Below are positions 50,479-63,181 of a stretch of 64,000 nt of DNA, piece by piece. The notes under the pieces were generated by a model. It saw only the letters and a program-made list of their open reading frames with translations, had not been told where the DNA came from and did no database searches. Origin of the DNA: Rhynchobatus australiae (taxonomy: Eukaryota). The stretch is from contig JAUZTB010000098.1 in assembly GCA_034780895.1 (NCBI GenBank), positions 89,058,201 to 89,122,200 on the forward strand. Direction: 5' to 3'. Both the position numbers and the translations under genes were made by a program. How positions within the stretch are numbered: the stretch's first letter is position 1; every line of letters starts with the position of its first letter.

Positions 50479-53400
50479 CTAGTGCTACGCAGGAGGGTTT
50501 AAACTAGTTTGAAAGGGGGATGGGAACCAGAGCACCGGGTCAGAAAGTGGAGGGATTCAGAGAAAGGTAGAGGTCAGGACCAGTAAAAACAGGCAGGAGC
50601 AAAGTAATAGGCATGATGGGACAGATGGGTTGAAGTGTGTGTATTTTAATGCTAGGAATATTATGACACTTGAAGCATGGATCAGTACATGGAACTATGA
50701 TGTTGTGGCCATAACAGAGACTTGGTTGAGAGAGGGTCAGGAATGGGTGCCTAATGGTACGGGGTTTTGATCTTTTAGAAAAGATAGAGAAGGAGGTAAA
50801 GTGGGGGGGGGGGGAGTTACACTAATAATCAGGGACAATATCACAGCTGCAATCANNNNNNNNNNNNNNNNNNNNNNNNNNNNNNNNNNNNNNNNNNNNN
50901 NNNNNNNNNNNNNNNNNNNNNNNNNNNNNNNNNNNNNNNNNNNNNNNNNNNNNNNNNNNNNNNNNNNNNNNNNNNNNNNNNNNNNNNNNNNNNNNNNNNN
51001 NNNNNNNNNNNNNNNNNNNNNNNNNNNNNNNNNNNNNNNNNNNNNNNNNNNNNNNNNNNNNNNNNNNNNNNNNNNNNNNNNNNNNNNNNNNNNNNNNNNN
51101 NNNNNNNNNNNNNNNNNNNNNNNNNNNNNNNNNNNNNNNNNNNNNNNNNNNNNNNNNNNNNNNNNNNNNNNNNNNNNNNNNNNNNNNNNNNNNNNNNNNN
51201 NNNNNNNNNNNNNNNNNNNNNNTGAATTTAGTCGAGGAGAAAAAGGAAACACATGTAAAGCTCAGGAAGCTAGGATCAAATACAGCCCTTCAGGATTATA
51301 AATAAGCCAGAAAAGAACTCAAGAAGGGAATTAGGAAAGCCAGGAGGGGCCATGAAAAGTCCTTGGCAAGTAGGATTAAAGAGAATCCTGAGGCATTCTA
51401 TATATAGATCAAGAGCAAGAGGATAACTAGGGAGAGGGTAGGACCACTCAAGGATGAAGGAGGGAACATGTGCTTGGAATCAGAACATGTGGGTGAGGTC
51501 CTTAATGAATACTTTGCATCAGTATTTACCAAGGAGAAGGACATGGAGGATAGGGAGATCAGTGCGGAGCGTACCAATATGCTAGGGCATTTCAAGATAA
51601 AGAATTGAGGTAGTGTTGGGTCTCTTAAAGAGCATTAAGGTGGATAAGTCCCTTGCACCTGATGGGATATACCCCAGGCTCTGGAGACAAGCAAAAGATG
51701 AGATTTCTGGGGCCTTGACCAAGATCTTCATGTCCTCTAGTCACAGGCAAGGTCCCGGAGGACGAGTGAGTAAGATAAGATATTTATTTATTAGTCACAT
51801 GTACATCAAAACACACAGTGAAATGCATCTTTTTGTGTTACTAAGAATGTGCTGGGGCCATCTATAAGTGTCACCACTCTTCCAGGTGCCAACATAGCAT
51901 GCCCACAATTCCTAACTTGTGTGTCTTTGGAATGTGGGAGGAAACCGGAGCACCCGGAGGAACCACATGCAGATACACTGGGAGAATGTACAAACTCCTT
52001 ACAGACAATGGTGGGAATGGAACCTGGGTCTCAAAAGAACCATTAGTGACATTCAACACTACCATGCCGCCCTAGCTAATGTCATCCCATTATTCAAGAA
52101 AGGAAACCAGGATAATCCTGGAAACCATAGACTGGTGAGTCTCACGTTTGTAGTAGGGAAGTTACTGGTGAGGATTCTTTGGGATAGGATTTATGAGCAT
52201 TTGGAAAATCATAGCCTAATTAGGGAGAGTCAGCATGGCTTTGTGCACGGCAAGTTGGGTCTTACTAACTTGATCGAGTTTTTTGAGGAGGTGATGAGGG
52301 TGATTGATGAAGGTAGAGCTGTGGATGTTGCCTACATGGATTTTAGTAAGGTGTTTGACAAGGTCCCTCATGAGAGGTTCATTCGGAAGATTAAGGTGCA
52401 TGGGATTCACAGTGAGTTGGTCATTTGGATTCAGAATTGGCTTGCCCATAAAGACAGAGGGTAGTGGTAAATGGGACTTATTCCAGCTGGAGATCTGTGA
52501 CTAATGGTGTTCTGCAGGGATCCATACTGGGACCTCTGCTGTTTATGATGTATATAAAATGATCTGGATGAAAATGTAGATGCGTAGGTTAGTAAATTTG
52601 CAGATGATACGAAGGTTGGTGGTGTTGCAGATGGCATAGAAGACAGCCAAAGGATACAGCGGGATATAGATCATCAGCAGAAATGGCAGATGGAGTTTGA
52701 CCTGGCCAAGTGTGAAGTGTTGCACCTTGGAAGATCAAATGTAAAGAGACAGTACACTGTTAATGGCAAGACCCTTAACAGTGTTGATGAGCAGGGGGGT
52801 CTTGGGGTCCAAGCTCATAGCTCCCTAAAGGTGGCTACACAGGTTAATAGGGTGGTAAAGCAGGCCTTTATTAGTTGAGGCATTGAGTTCAAGAGTCAGG
52901 AAGTTATGCTGCAGCTTTATAAAATTCTAGTTAGGCTGCATCTGGAGTATTGCATTCAGTTCTGGTCGCCCCATTATAGGAAGGATGTCGAGGCTTTGGA
53001 GAAGGTGCAGAAGAGGTTTACCAGGATGCAGCCTGGATTAGAGGGGACATGTGCTATAAGGAGAGATTGGACATACTTGGGTTGTTTTCTCTGGAGTGGT
53101 GGAGGCTAAGGCAAGATCTGATAGAGGTTTATGAGATTATGAGAGGAATAGATAGAGTAGACAGGCAGTATCTTTTCCCCAGGGCTGAAATGTCTAACAC
53201 CAGAGGACATGCATTTAAGCTGAGAAGGGGCAAGTTCAAAGGAGATGTGCAGGGCAAGTTTTTTGCACAGTGTGGTGGGTGCCTGGAATGTGCTGCCTGG
53301 GATAGTGAAGGCAAATATGATAGGGGCATTCAGGAGGCTCTTAGATAGGCACATGAATGTGTGGGAAATGTAAGGATATGGATATTTAGGCAGAGGGATT

Positions 53401-53499
53401 GGTTTAGTTGGGCATTTGGTTACTAATCTGTTTAGACTGGCACAACATTGTGGGACGAAGGGCCTCTTCTGTGCTGTACTGTTCTATGTTCCATGTTCT
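50479..53499 (+). mobile_element. Near-complete CR1 LINE ORF2 (APE endonuclease and RT), disrupted
   Basis: Motifs LKCVYFNARNI, YDVVAITETWL, ANVIPLFKKG...LVSLT.VVGKLL, QHGF...LTNLIEFFEEV, VDVAYMDFSKVFDKVPH, KFADDTK and LEYCIQFWSPHYRKD, then the TTCTATGTTCCATGTTCTA tail. Multiple stops and frameshifts. Confidence 0.93.
51771..52072 (-). mobile_element. tRNA-derived V-SINE inserted into the CR1
   Basis: Minus strand: GGGCGGCATGGTAG head, GGTTCCATTCCC B-box, V-domain GTTCCTCCGGGTGCTCCGGTTTCCTCCCACA, and tail GTACATGTGACTAATAAA...TCTTATCTTA. It splits the CR1 PED.R|.ANV motif. Confidence 0.88.
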
Positions 53500-56400
53500 A
53501 TTAGGAAAAAAAGTTAGGATCTGGAATGCACTGTCATGTGTAGTAGTGGAGATGGGTACAATTGGGGAGTTCAAACAGGAGCTAGATATGCACTGAAAGG
53601 AAATAATTTGCAGGGTCCAGGGCTTTACTGGGGGGGGGAGGAGGGAGGGAGAGAGCGAGACTAGCTAGATTGCTCTTACACAAAGCTGGTTCGGACTCAA
53701 TGGGCTAAATGACTACTGGCAAACTGGAATCAGTCTGTGATTTGTAGACAATGGGGTGACTAGCCTCTTCATGTGCGCTAAGTTTCTAATTCTATGAATG
53801 ATCTTTCAGTTCCACTGTAACGTTGAAGGCAATTTATAATCCCACTCCTCTCTCCCTCCCAGTTGCCTTCTCCTCCTCCCCTCATTCCTTCATTGCTAAT
53901 TGCTTATCCTTTACACCCAGGACCTACCTGACACAGAATAAATGTCTATGCCATTGAGTTTAGTATGGTCTGTGAAGAACCAATATTTGAAATGCAGAAC
54001 ATAACAAAACCATGATGAGGAGAAATTATATCAACTGTTTCAGTTGTTAAATGAATTTATTTATTCGACTCAGCTTCAGAAGAATTAATTATTGCTGTCG
54101 TGAGAATGTCACAATCCTAACTCAGACACAGACTATTGCGAGAATTCTGGACAGGAAATAACCAGAGGATTGCAAAACTTCCTTCTTACACAAATCTGGT
54201 GGCAGGCAACTCACCAAACAGAATTATCGGCCAGAATGTCTGATCTGGTGAATTGAATGTCAGGCATGTCTTATTGCTGAGAGAAGGATGACTGGTGTTG
54301 AATTATATGTATTAATGTATGTATAGATGGAGTTTATCATTCCTGCTAAATCTTTAGTTGTTGGTTGTATAACCATCCAGGGGCTCTGCAATGGAAGTTA
54401 TAGGCCCAGGAATAGGCCATTTAGTCAAACTATATAATAATGGAATAAAGCATACCACAGAGCACGAAAAGATGAAAGGTAATAACTAATGGTGGGATGA
54501 TGGAAGATAGCGCACCTAAGTGGTAGCATTCTTGGCAGGATGTGAAAAAGTTAACCAGAGATATTTCAAACAAAATATGTAATTTGACTTGGTGCAAGTT
54601 GATCTCCAAATTGATGCTGCAATCTTATTAACAAAATTTTGCAACTGTTGCTGACTGTAGCACACCAGTACAGGACCCAATTCCTTGGGTGGCCAACACC
54701 AGTTCAGCTTGGCTAATTCTGATTACAGGGAGTGTACACCATTTAAAAGGGAGGTACCTAAGGATGGGAACCAATGGTGGAACTCATCCCACCAGCCTTT
54801 TAAGCTTGCTAAAAGCCATTTTAATGTATGTATGACAGCCAGGTTTTCTGGTATGATGCCAACGTTTTTGGCAAATGAGGTGAGGTGAAGGACTTCTTTT
54901 CACAAAAGTGAGTGAACTCACTACTTGAAAAAATGAGAGGCAGAAACCCTGTCATATTTAATAGTTCTTTGGAAGGGCAATTGAAGGGAGTTAACATTCA
55001 AGACCATGGACAAGAACTGCAAGTTGGATTAATTGAACAAATAAATAGTTTCAGGTGGACAGCTGGTGGTAAGCAGTTTAGACAGTGAGCATAAATATGA
55101 CTAATGCCCTTTCAGCCAGAAGATTGCCAGTTGAAGATTTGCAGGCTAGAAGAATATTGCTGCCTGCCCTCTAACCAATGCATAATTGTTGATGTATTTG
55201 TCACAGACTGTAGCCTTGCTTAATTGATATGTAGGTTGCTTGCCTTAATTTTCAATAAGCCTGTAATTGATTCTCAACTTTAATGCTTGTAATTAAATCA
55301 ATATAACGATTCTCGGCCCATAATATCACGGAATATCAGGTCTTCCATTGACCTGCCCCAATTGGTGCACTGAGATAATTGCTCCCAGAAACATTGCAGA
55401 TAGATCCCCTCGCTGACAGTCCTTCTCCTCTTCCTCATTCTCCTAATTCAAGTGCTGCTCGACAGACCTTCTCATTCTCCCTTTGTGAGGAATGCTGTAA
55501 ATCAAGGCTCAAATCTTAATTGTGCCACTTACAATCCTGGGCTTCACTATCTGTGATGAGTACTGCAGAAGTGAGCTAGGACTTTCCTATAGCCAATAAA
55601 CATAGAAGTCAATTAATAATCACTTTAAAGAGCAGAGTGGGGGCTCCTTCTTGTGCTCAGCACTTTTTTAACCAGGNNNNNNNNNNNNNNNNNNNNNNNN
55701 NNNNNNNNNNNNNNNNNNNNNNNNNNNNNNNNNNNNNNNNNNNNNNNNNNNNNNNNNNNNNNNNNNNNNNNNNNNNNNNNNNNNNNNNNNNNNNNNNNNN
55801 NNNNNNNNNNNNNNNNNNNNNNNNNNNNNNNNNNNNNNNNNNNNNNNNNNNNNNTACAAACAATGTGTGCTACAGAGCCTGATTTTGTGGCCATTGTTAT
55901 GGATTCAGGAGTTATGGAATTATGTGAATATAGCAGACATTAATTCAAGTGAGAACCAGTCCTCAGTGTCTCAATGTAAATTGCAAGCAGTGATCAGTTT
56001 GAAGGTAAAAGGACAGATTTGTCAACAACCAGTACTAACCACAGAGCACAGGCTGTTGACTGACTGGTTGCTCGAGAGATATGGTTGCAAAGTGGTATGA
56101 CCATGAGACGTCCTCACATGCATCAGCCAAACCTAAGACAATGGAGTTATGTTAATTGGCCTACATCTAACCAGGTAACCATGGCCGGATTATTTTGCAC
56201 CAGTGTGGCTTAGTTCAAGGAAGCTTGCAGACCAGACTGATGTTGTCACCTCGCACCTCTCAGACATGGTTACAGGCATATTTGCTCTATCACAAGTTGG
56301 GATATTTGTGTACTCGGAGACTCAGTCTGCACAGCATTAATTTTGGGTGTCTGGATTCTCTGTCCTCAGAAGCCTTTAGACCATCTTTGACTTAGTTTGT

Positions 56401-56501
56401 CTCAGCAAAGGTGTATGAACATTCAGTGGTGTCTGCCATTGTAGACATGTAACTCAATGGAAGCATTGTCACATTCAAATTATTGAAGTAAATGATGTCA
56501 T

Positions 56502-56690
56502 TGTAGCTATAGAAATTGTATTGAATCACCTACTGTTACCTTTGTTCTGAAGAGTAATAAAACTTGATGTACTTTGAGTTTGGGAGGCTCTACCGAGAGG
56601 GCCTCCAGGGGAATGCCTGCTTGTCGCGATGAATAAAGACTTCTACATCACCAGCTTCAGTGTCTCTCTGGTGACTCAGTTCACAGTTAT
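56502..56690 (+). mobile_element. Possible short solo-LTR remnant
   Basis: Layout TAATAAAAC...GGAGGCTCT...GGGCCTCC...AATAAAGACTTC...GTGTCTCTCTGGTGACTC resembles an LTR R/U5 region. Confidence 0.3.
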
Positions 56691-57429
56691 AAATGTGCCT
56701 AATACCTGTTGTCTATAGTTATATTTGCTGTTTAGAGCTGAACACAAGCACTTGTTCATCAGCAAAAGCTGAATCTGTTTTTGAACAGCCTTTGAAAGGA
56801 AGAAATTGGTATTAGTTACGTTGTCTCAATAACTAACACTGAAGAAGCAAAATGAAAGCAGTAGCTTCTATGCAGTAATAGAATGTACGGGAAGGAAATT
56901 ATAAAGATTAGGATGTATGTACCATATGAAGACAGGCACTCTCAGAAGATTTACAAACTGGAAAAAACCCAATGGATCATTGAACCTTGTATCAGAATCC
57001 CCGAATGGAACAACAACAGGCAAGTAGTTGAGGGAAAGTCGGAGAGTGTTACCAAGCTGATATATTTTAATTTTACTGTGTGAGCTATAAACTTATAGGT
57101 ATGCATAAAGAACAGTCAATGACATAATTGGAAATTCTATTTATTTAGATGGTTGCAAAAATTATTTTATGAAATTTTCTTTAGTACAGAAATAATGTGG
57201 CAAACTGCAGTAAGGTTTGACCCCTTTGAAGAGGATCTCTGATTTTAAATTCTGGTCTGACATCCAGTGGAATACATGAACACAAGTATGGGTGGCCTTC
57301 TCTTGTGCTATAATCCACCCCTCAGAATAACATTGCTATATCAAAGGATGAGGCCATGGGGGGAACATTCATGCAACTCTGTTGGTAAGCCTCAGAATCC
57401 TTCCACTGCTTCATGTCATGCTCCAAGGA

Positions 57430-57700
57430 AAGAATGTGAAGACATGAAAAGCAAGTTGCTCAAAGAAGGGCAATGAATGTCTCCCATGTTGTTCATTCCT
57501 CCAACAACACTACCAAAATACTTAACTTCTCTTTTATCTTACTTGCTGTTGCTGGAATCTCAGCTACATGAAAACTGGTTGCTATATTTACTGCAGAGGG
57601 ACTAAAATACCAGTAAAAGCATATCTTTTCATCTGTGAAGCACTTTGGGAGATAATGAGGGCCTGAAATATATCAAAGCAAGCTCTTTCATCTTTCAAAG
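57430..57700 (+). mobile_element. Deu-domain SINE 3' remnant
   Basis: TTGCTGTTGCTGGAATCT...AACTGGTTGCTATATTT...CTGTGAAGCACTTTGGGA...GCAAGCTCTTTC. Confidence 0.5.
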
Positions 57701-59199
57701 TATCTTTTGAGTTATTAATTTTTTTGCATGAATGTCAATTTATATTCCTAATTGTAAATTTTTGTGGGGGTTTATTTAAACATTCTACTATATCCTGGAA
57801 GCAATTAAAAATGTTGTGACTCAGCATAGATTTGTGAGTTCTTAGAATTGTCAAGAAACAATGATATATTGAGAGCAAAATATAACATTAACATCTTATC
57901 AAAGATTGAGTAGGCTTTATTTTGCGTTCTGGAACATGAGATCCACACTGGGAAAGGTACAGATCATTTGTGTATTTAAGGTTGGTATATTCAGGAATTC
58001 TGCACCAAACTTTGATTCAGTGGCAGCATAGATCAGATTTTTGTGGTGGAATATAGTTCATGCTTTANNNNNNNNNNNNNNNNNNNNNNNNNNNNNNNNN
58101 NNNNNNNNNNNNNNNNNNNNNNNNNNNNNNNNNNNNNNNNNNNNNNNNNNNNNNNNNNNNNNNNNNNGGAATATAGTTCATGCTTTAGCCAACACTGAGT
58201 TAACAAGCCTAATAAATCAAAATACTATAATATTTTGATGGTAGTGGTGAGGCCCCTTTCAATTGCTGGGCATGCATTTATTTGCTTTCAACTTTATAAC
58301 TTCTGATTCCTTCTTGCTTGGAAACAGGCACCTCTGCAAAATAAAGTTGAAAGGAGCATGGTCAGCAAGTATGTGGGCTTATTAAATTGGTACATTGGTG
58401 TTTTTGGTATTCTGGAAGGAGCTAACTCCACTTCTGACACTCCCTTCTGCACTTTGACAACTTAGCTCTCTGAACACTGAACTAATTGTTCCCCTCAAGA
58501 GGAGAAGGGATCAAAATTCATTGGCCTACAGGGTGGTCCAAATCTCTCGTCAGGAAAGGGAAAAATACATGGGTGAATATCTTCTGCATTTAAGCTGATT
58601 AAAATGTGCTTGCAAATACTAGGTCTCACTATTAGAGCAGTCATAGGCAATCATCCAGTCAAAACAGATCAAATGACTTTTTAGAATGTTTTAGGTATCC
58701 CAAATGCAGTGAGTTAGTGAAGTGAGTTACTGAAGTTTGGGAAGCTTGTGCCAACTACTTTTAAGACAAAGGACCACAGTTGTTCAAGTCAAAATAGAAT
58801 GTTATCTATTACCATAAATATAAATATTTTCTTTATATAGCAGTCCAGGAGTACCTTAGATTTTTAAGTACACTTCAAATATTTTAGATATTTTGNNNNN
58901 NNNNNNNNNNNNNNNNNNNNNNNNNNNNNNNNNNNNNNNNNNNNNNNNNNNNNNNNNNNNNNNNNNNNNNNNNNNNNNNNNNNNNNNNNNNNNNNNNNNN
59001 NNNNNNNNNNNNNNNNNNNNNNNNNNNNNNNNNNNNNNNNNNNNNNNNNNNNNNNNNNNNNNNNNNNNNNNNNNNNNNNNNNNNNNNNNNNNNNNNNNNN
59101 NNNNNNNNNNNNNNNNNNNNNNNNNNNNNNNNNNNNNNNNNNNNNNNNNNNNNNNNNNNNNNNNNNNNNNNNNNNNNNNNNNNNNNNNNNNNNNNNTCT

Positions 59200-59340
59200 C
59201 AGTACCATCCCAGATTCTTCTTCTCCACTTTAAGCAGTCACATTGCCAATGCCTCCCAGAAGTCAGTGGGAATGTTTCAAGAAGACTTTGAGCACATTCT
59301 TAAATCTTTACCCTATCTGCCTGGTAATCTCTTCCCATGT
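59200..59340 (-). mobile_element. RTE LINE 3' ORF remnant
   Basis: The minus strand reads GKRLPGR...RFKNVLKVF...IPTDFWEALA.....KWRRRI. Confidence 0.6.
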
Positions 59341-59344
59341 CACA

Positions 59345-60660
59345 TGTTCCCAAATTCTTTACCTCATTTTTTTTTTGGATTAAACACAACTTGCCAACTG
59401 ACCATCCTATTTCTATCTTCCTGTAGCCTAGAGCTTTCTATCTCACTATCAACCACATTTGTATCGTCTGCAGACTTCTTTATCATGAGTCTTATATTTA
59501 GTCTAAATTATTAATATACATTACAGAAAGCAGGGGACAGATTACCAAGCCCTGGAAACCCAATTGCTAATAGTCTTCCAGTCACAAAAAGACCCACCAA
59601 CCATTATTATCTACTTCCTGCCAGTGACGCAGTTTTGGATTAAATTTTCTACCATCTCTTGAATTCCATGGTCTTTTACATTTTTGATTGGCTTGCATTG
59701 TGGAATCTTGTCAAAAACCATCCTAACATCCATGAAGACCACATTAAACACATTGTTCTCGTCTCAAAATATAGTCAAGTTAGCCAAACATAACCTTCCC
59801 TTAACAAATCCATGCTGGCTGCCTCTAATAACTGTGCCTTTATAAATGTGCTTTTCTATTATTCATTGGAATAGATTCCAATAATTTGTCCCCTTCCAAA
59901 GTTGAACTAACTGACTTGTACACAGTTTATCCCTCCCTCCATTTTAAACAACAGTACAACATTTGTTATCTTCAAGATCTCTGGCACCACTCCTGTGGCC
60001 AGAGAGGATTCAAAAATTCTAATCATTGCCTCTGTAATTTCTTTGTAGTTTTTTAACAACCTAGTATATATTTCATCTGGGCCTGACAATTTATCCCTTT
60101 TCAAAATACAAAGTGCTGGAGGAACTCAGCAGGTTAAGCAGTATCTGTGGATCACCTCTCCACAGATGCTGCTTGATCCTCCAGCAGTTTATTTTTTGCT
60201 CCAAATTCCAGCAACTACAGTTTCCCGATTCTCCATTTATCCTCTCCACTGAATTCTCATCAAGGCATGCCGACTTTCAGGTTCTCCTTCACAGATGCTG
60301 TGCAACTCATTGAGTGCATCCAGCAGTTTGTTTTTATGCTCTGTATTCCAGAACCTGCAGTCCCTTGTGTCTCCCTTTTTAAGAATGATAAATCCCTTCA
60401 TACTTTGTCCTTCACTCTGTCCATCCATCCAACATTCAATAGTCATTCATCCAAGCGACAACATTGGCACCATCCTCCTCTTCTGTGAAGACAGTAGGAA
60501 AATATTCATTAGTACTTTATACGTTATCTATCTTCACATATGGATGACAGTATTGGTGTCTAATAGTCCCTAGTCTCTCCTTAGTTATCTACTTGCTTCT
60601 TATGTACTGATAAACCATTTTTGAACATTCTTTGATTTTATACGTCAGTACTTTTTCATA
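59345..60660 (-). mobile_element. Old CR1 LINE RT region, interrupted by a PLE fold-back
   Basis: GTATCGTCTGCAGACTT (reverse of K.ADDT), AACAAATCCATGCTG (reverse of QHGFV), and the ORF DKLSGPDEIYTRLLK...IFESSLATGVVPE...NVVLLFK. Confidence 0.82.
60102..60371. mobile_element. PLE-derived inverted plus tandem terminal insertion with 8-bp TSD
   Basis: TGCTGGAGGAACTCAGCAGG...ATCTGTGGA faces TCCACAGATGCTGC...TCCTCCAGCA, with a second forward copy at about 60285-60371. TCCCTTTT flanks both sides (60094-60101 and 60372-60379). Confidence 0.7.
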
Positions 60661-63181
60661 CCTCAACGCACACACAGACTGCTGTAAAAATAAATTGATC
60701 TACCTCATACTTTTGTTAAGCTTCATCCAATTCCATTAAATCATATGAATGGAAGTTCAAAGGCGGTTCCTAAATCAGGTAACCTTTTAGATGCCTTTTC
60801 AAATAGCCAGATTTAACACTGAGTGAACAGCCTGGAGAACCATGGCTAAATCACAAAGCTTTTATTTGTGGGGCATTTTGCCAGCTAATAGGTCATTGTG
60901 CCAGAGCCAACAATATCAGCAAGGAACTAGTTAAACTGAGTGACTCAGGAGTTCTCCAAGAAGGCATNNNNNNNNNNNNNNNNNNNNNNNCAGGCCCCAG
61001 TTTGGACTTCTGCTGAGGAAAACACTTCTGTTGGCCAAAAATGTTACCTTTGAATACATTCTTGATAACAGCTCTACTGTTCATTTCTTATGGAGGATGG
61101 TGGTGTGACCCTGGAGGAATATTTTATTGGTTGGCAGAAAAATGAATTGAATAACCATTTTGAGTAAGAAACTCATCTCTAACCTACAGGTAGCATACAA
61201 TTTTGCATATTACTCAAGTGGTATCATTTTCTATTCATTAGCATCATAACATAGCATTCAGATACTTCTGACTAATTTGGTATCAGTACTTTCTTGTGTC
61301 AGCATTGCCAGTTGCATTTGTAAGTTGGCCTTCAGTTCCCTACAATGAAATCTTGTTGAACCATTAGGTTTGGTAGTTCTGTTTTAAATGGAACTGATAT
61401 GGTTGACTGGCCCCCTTCTCTGTCATAAATTTTCTATGATTCTATGACTTTTTCTATGATCAGAGAATGACTTTCCATGGTACCTATTAACAAATGTACT
61501 GTTGCTCCCTTTTTCAAAAAGAAGAGTTATACTTGTGCTATCTTTACCACTCTTTTCTGCTGTGCAAAATATATCATTGAATGCATTCCACCACTCTGAC
61601 TTCACCATATGTGCAGTGCCCCTGTGGGTCAATGTATCAAGGTCATTCCATTTGATTGACTCAGCTCTAAAATGCACACGCACACACTTAAGTACTACAT
61701 CCTTCCAAAAAAATTCTTAAGCTGTCAACTGTAAAAAGTGGTGTAGACTGAGGAAACAAGATTGGCCCCTCTCAGTCTTTCCATTGCCATTACTGCGCCT
61801 CACCTCTAACAAGTTTCCCACTGCAATTCAGTCAATAGGATGAAAAAGAAATTGTACAACGTTTGTCCTCTCTGCAGCACACAGGTGACACTGCATGCAT
61901 GCATATTTGGAGACTGAGCTCCAAGTCATCATTGTCTCTTATACTGTCATATGGGAGAGAATGGACCTCATTCTTAATATCTAGACAACAGTGGTGCTTT
62001 GCCAATCTGCCCTGCTGTGTAACATTGCCCATTCCCCACCAGCTCCAGCTCCACCCCAAAAATAACCAAGATCAACAACCAAAGCCTAGAAAATTTGGAC
62101 CACTTTCTATTTCTCAGGAATCTAGTACAGTTGAAACTTCAAAGCATTGCAGAACATTGTCAACTTACATTCTGAAGGATCCTTCAAATCCAATGGCAGC
62201 ATGGGTGAACATGAGCAAATGGTAATTAGTTCATCAATTATGCCTTCAAATTGGATTGCCAAAAATATAAACAATGTAATTTTATTCATTTGTTAAACAT
62301 CTGGCAGTACATTGTTTGATCAAGTCAAGGTGGCAACCCTGTCTATAACTGAAACCACCACACTTCTCCCAACACAAGTACGGAAATATATCCAGAAAAA
62401 TGCAGGACACTGAGGCATTTAAGTAAGGGACGTAAAATTAATCTCAGTCAGTTATAGCACTGCCAGGTTTGATTGACTGGCAATTAGCCTATCATCCTCT
62501 CTCTAGCCAGGATGTTGTTGTCACTATTTGCATAACAACATGATTCCAAAATGGAAATATGATAACACCACAGCACTCAGGAGAAGTTCCTCATGTGAGG
62601 CCATAAACTCACCTGCATAGACCACACAAGTCTTGTTATATATGCAACTGCAGCCTTTATTTCTCCCAGACTCCAAGATTCCAAAGGCTCGATATTTCTG
62701 TCCTCCGATAACTTACTCCAGCTGCACTGCCTTATTTTGTATCACATTGCATTTGAACCTGTTCATTATCTGCCATCATGCTTAAGCAATCAGCCTAAAA
62801 TTAATAGCTCCTTCAGGCCAGAAGAGAATTACCACAAAAACTCCTGCACCTTTTCCATCAGCAGCTAAAAACATTTCTCCAGCATTTTGGGGTCCTAGAT
62901 AAAGTGCCATTTTAAATCCAGATCTGAAGTGGCCTGTGAGCTCTTTGTATTTTTTGCAAAACCCTCAGCTATAATTGATGCATTGCAGCAGACTGTCCTG
63001 GCTTATGCTACCCAGTCCCCTGAGGCAATTAAATTATTAATTGGTATGTAATTTTTTTGGTATACTATTAACAATCTCCACAATTTTGCCTCCTTGAAAT
63101 GCCTTTGCTCCTGACTGGGGAAAAAGCTTTGTGTCACTCTGTTGATCCCTGTTTCCAATGGCTCTACCCCAACAAACCCTA

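Noticed and set aside
58048-58187. Direct repeat GGAATATAGTTCATGCTTTA flanking a 100-N gap (similarly TGGAACC at 13088 and 13195)
   Set aside because: Same overlap-at-gap assembly artefact.
54686-58539. GLI-like words (TGGGTGGCC at 54686 and 57289, AGGGTGGTC at about 58530), of interest because FoxF genes are Hedgehog targets
   Set aside because: These are isolated one-mismatch 9-mers expected by chance in 64 kb. I noticed no perfect GACCACCCA and no clustering.
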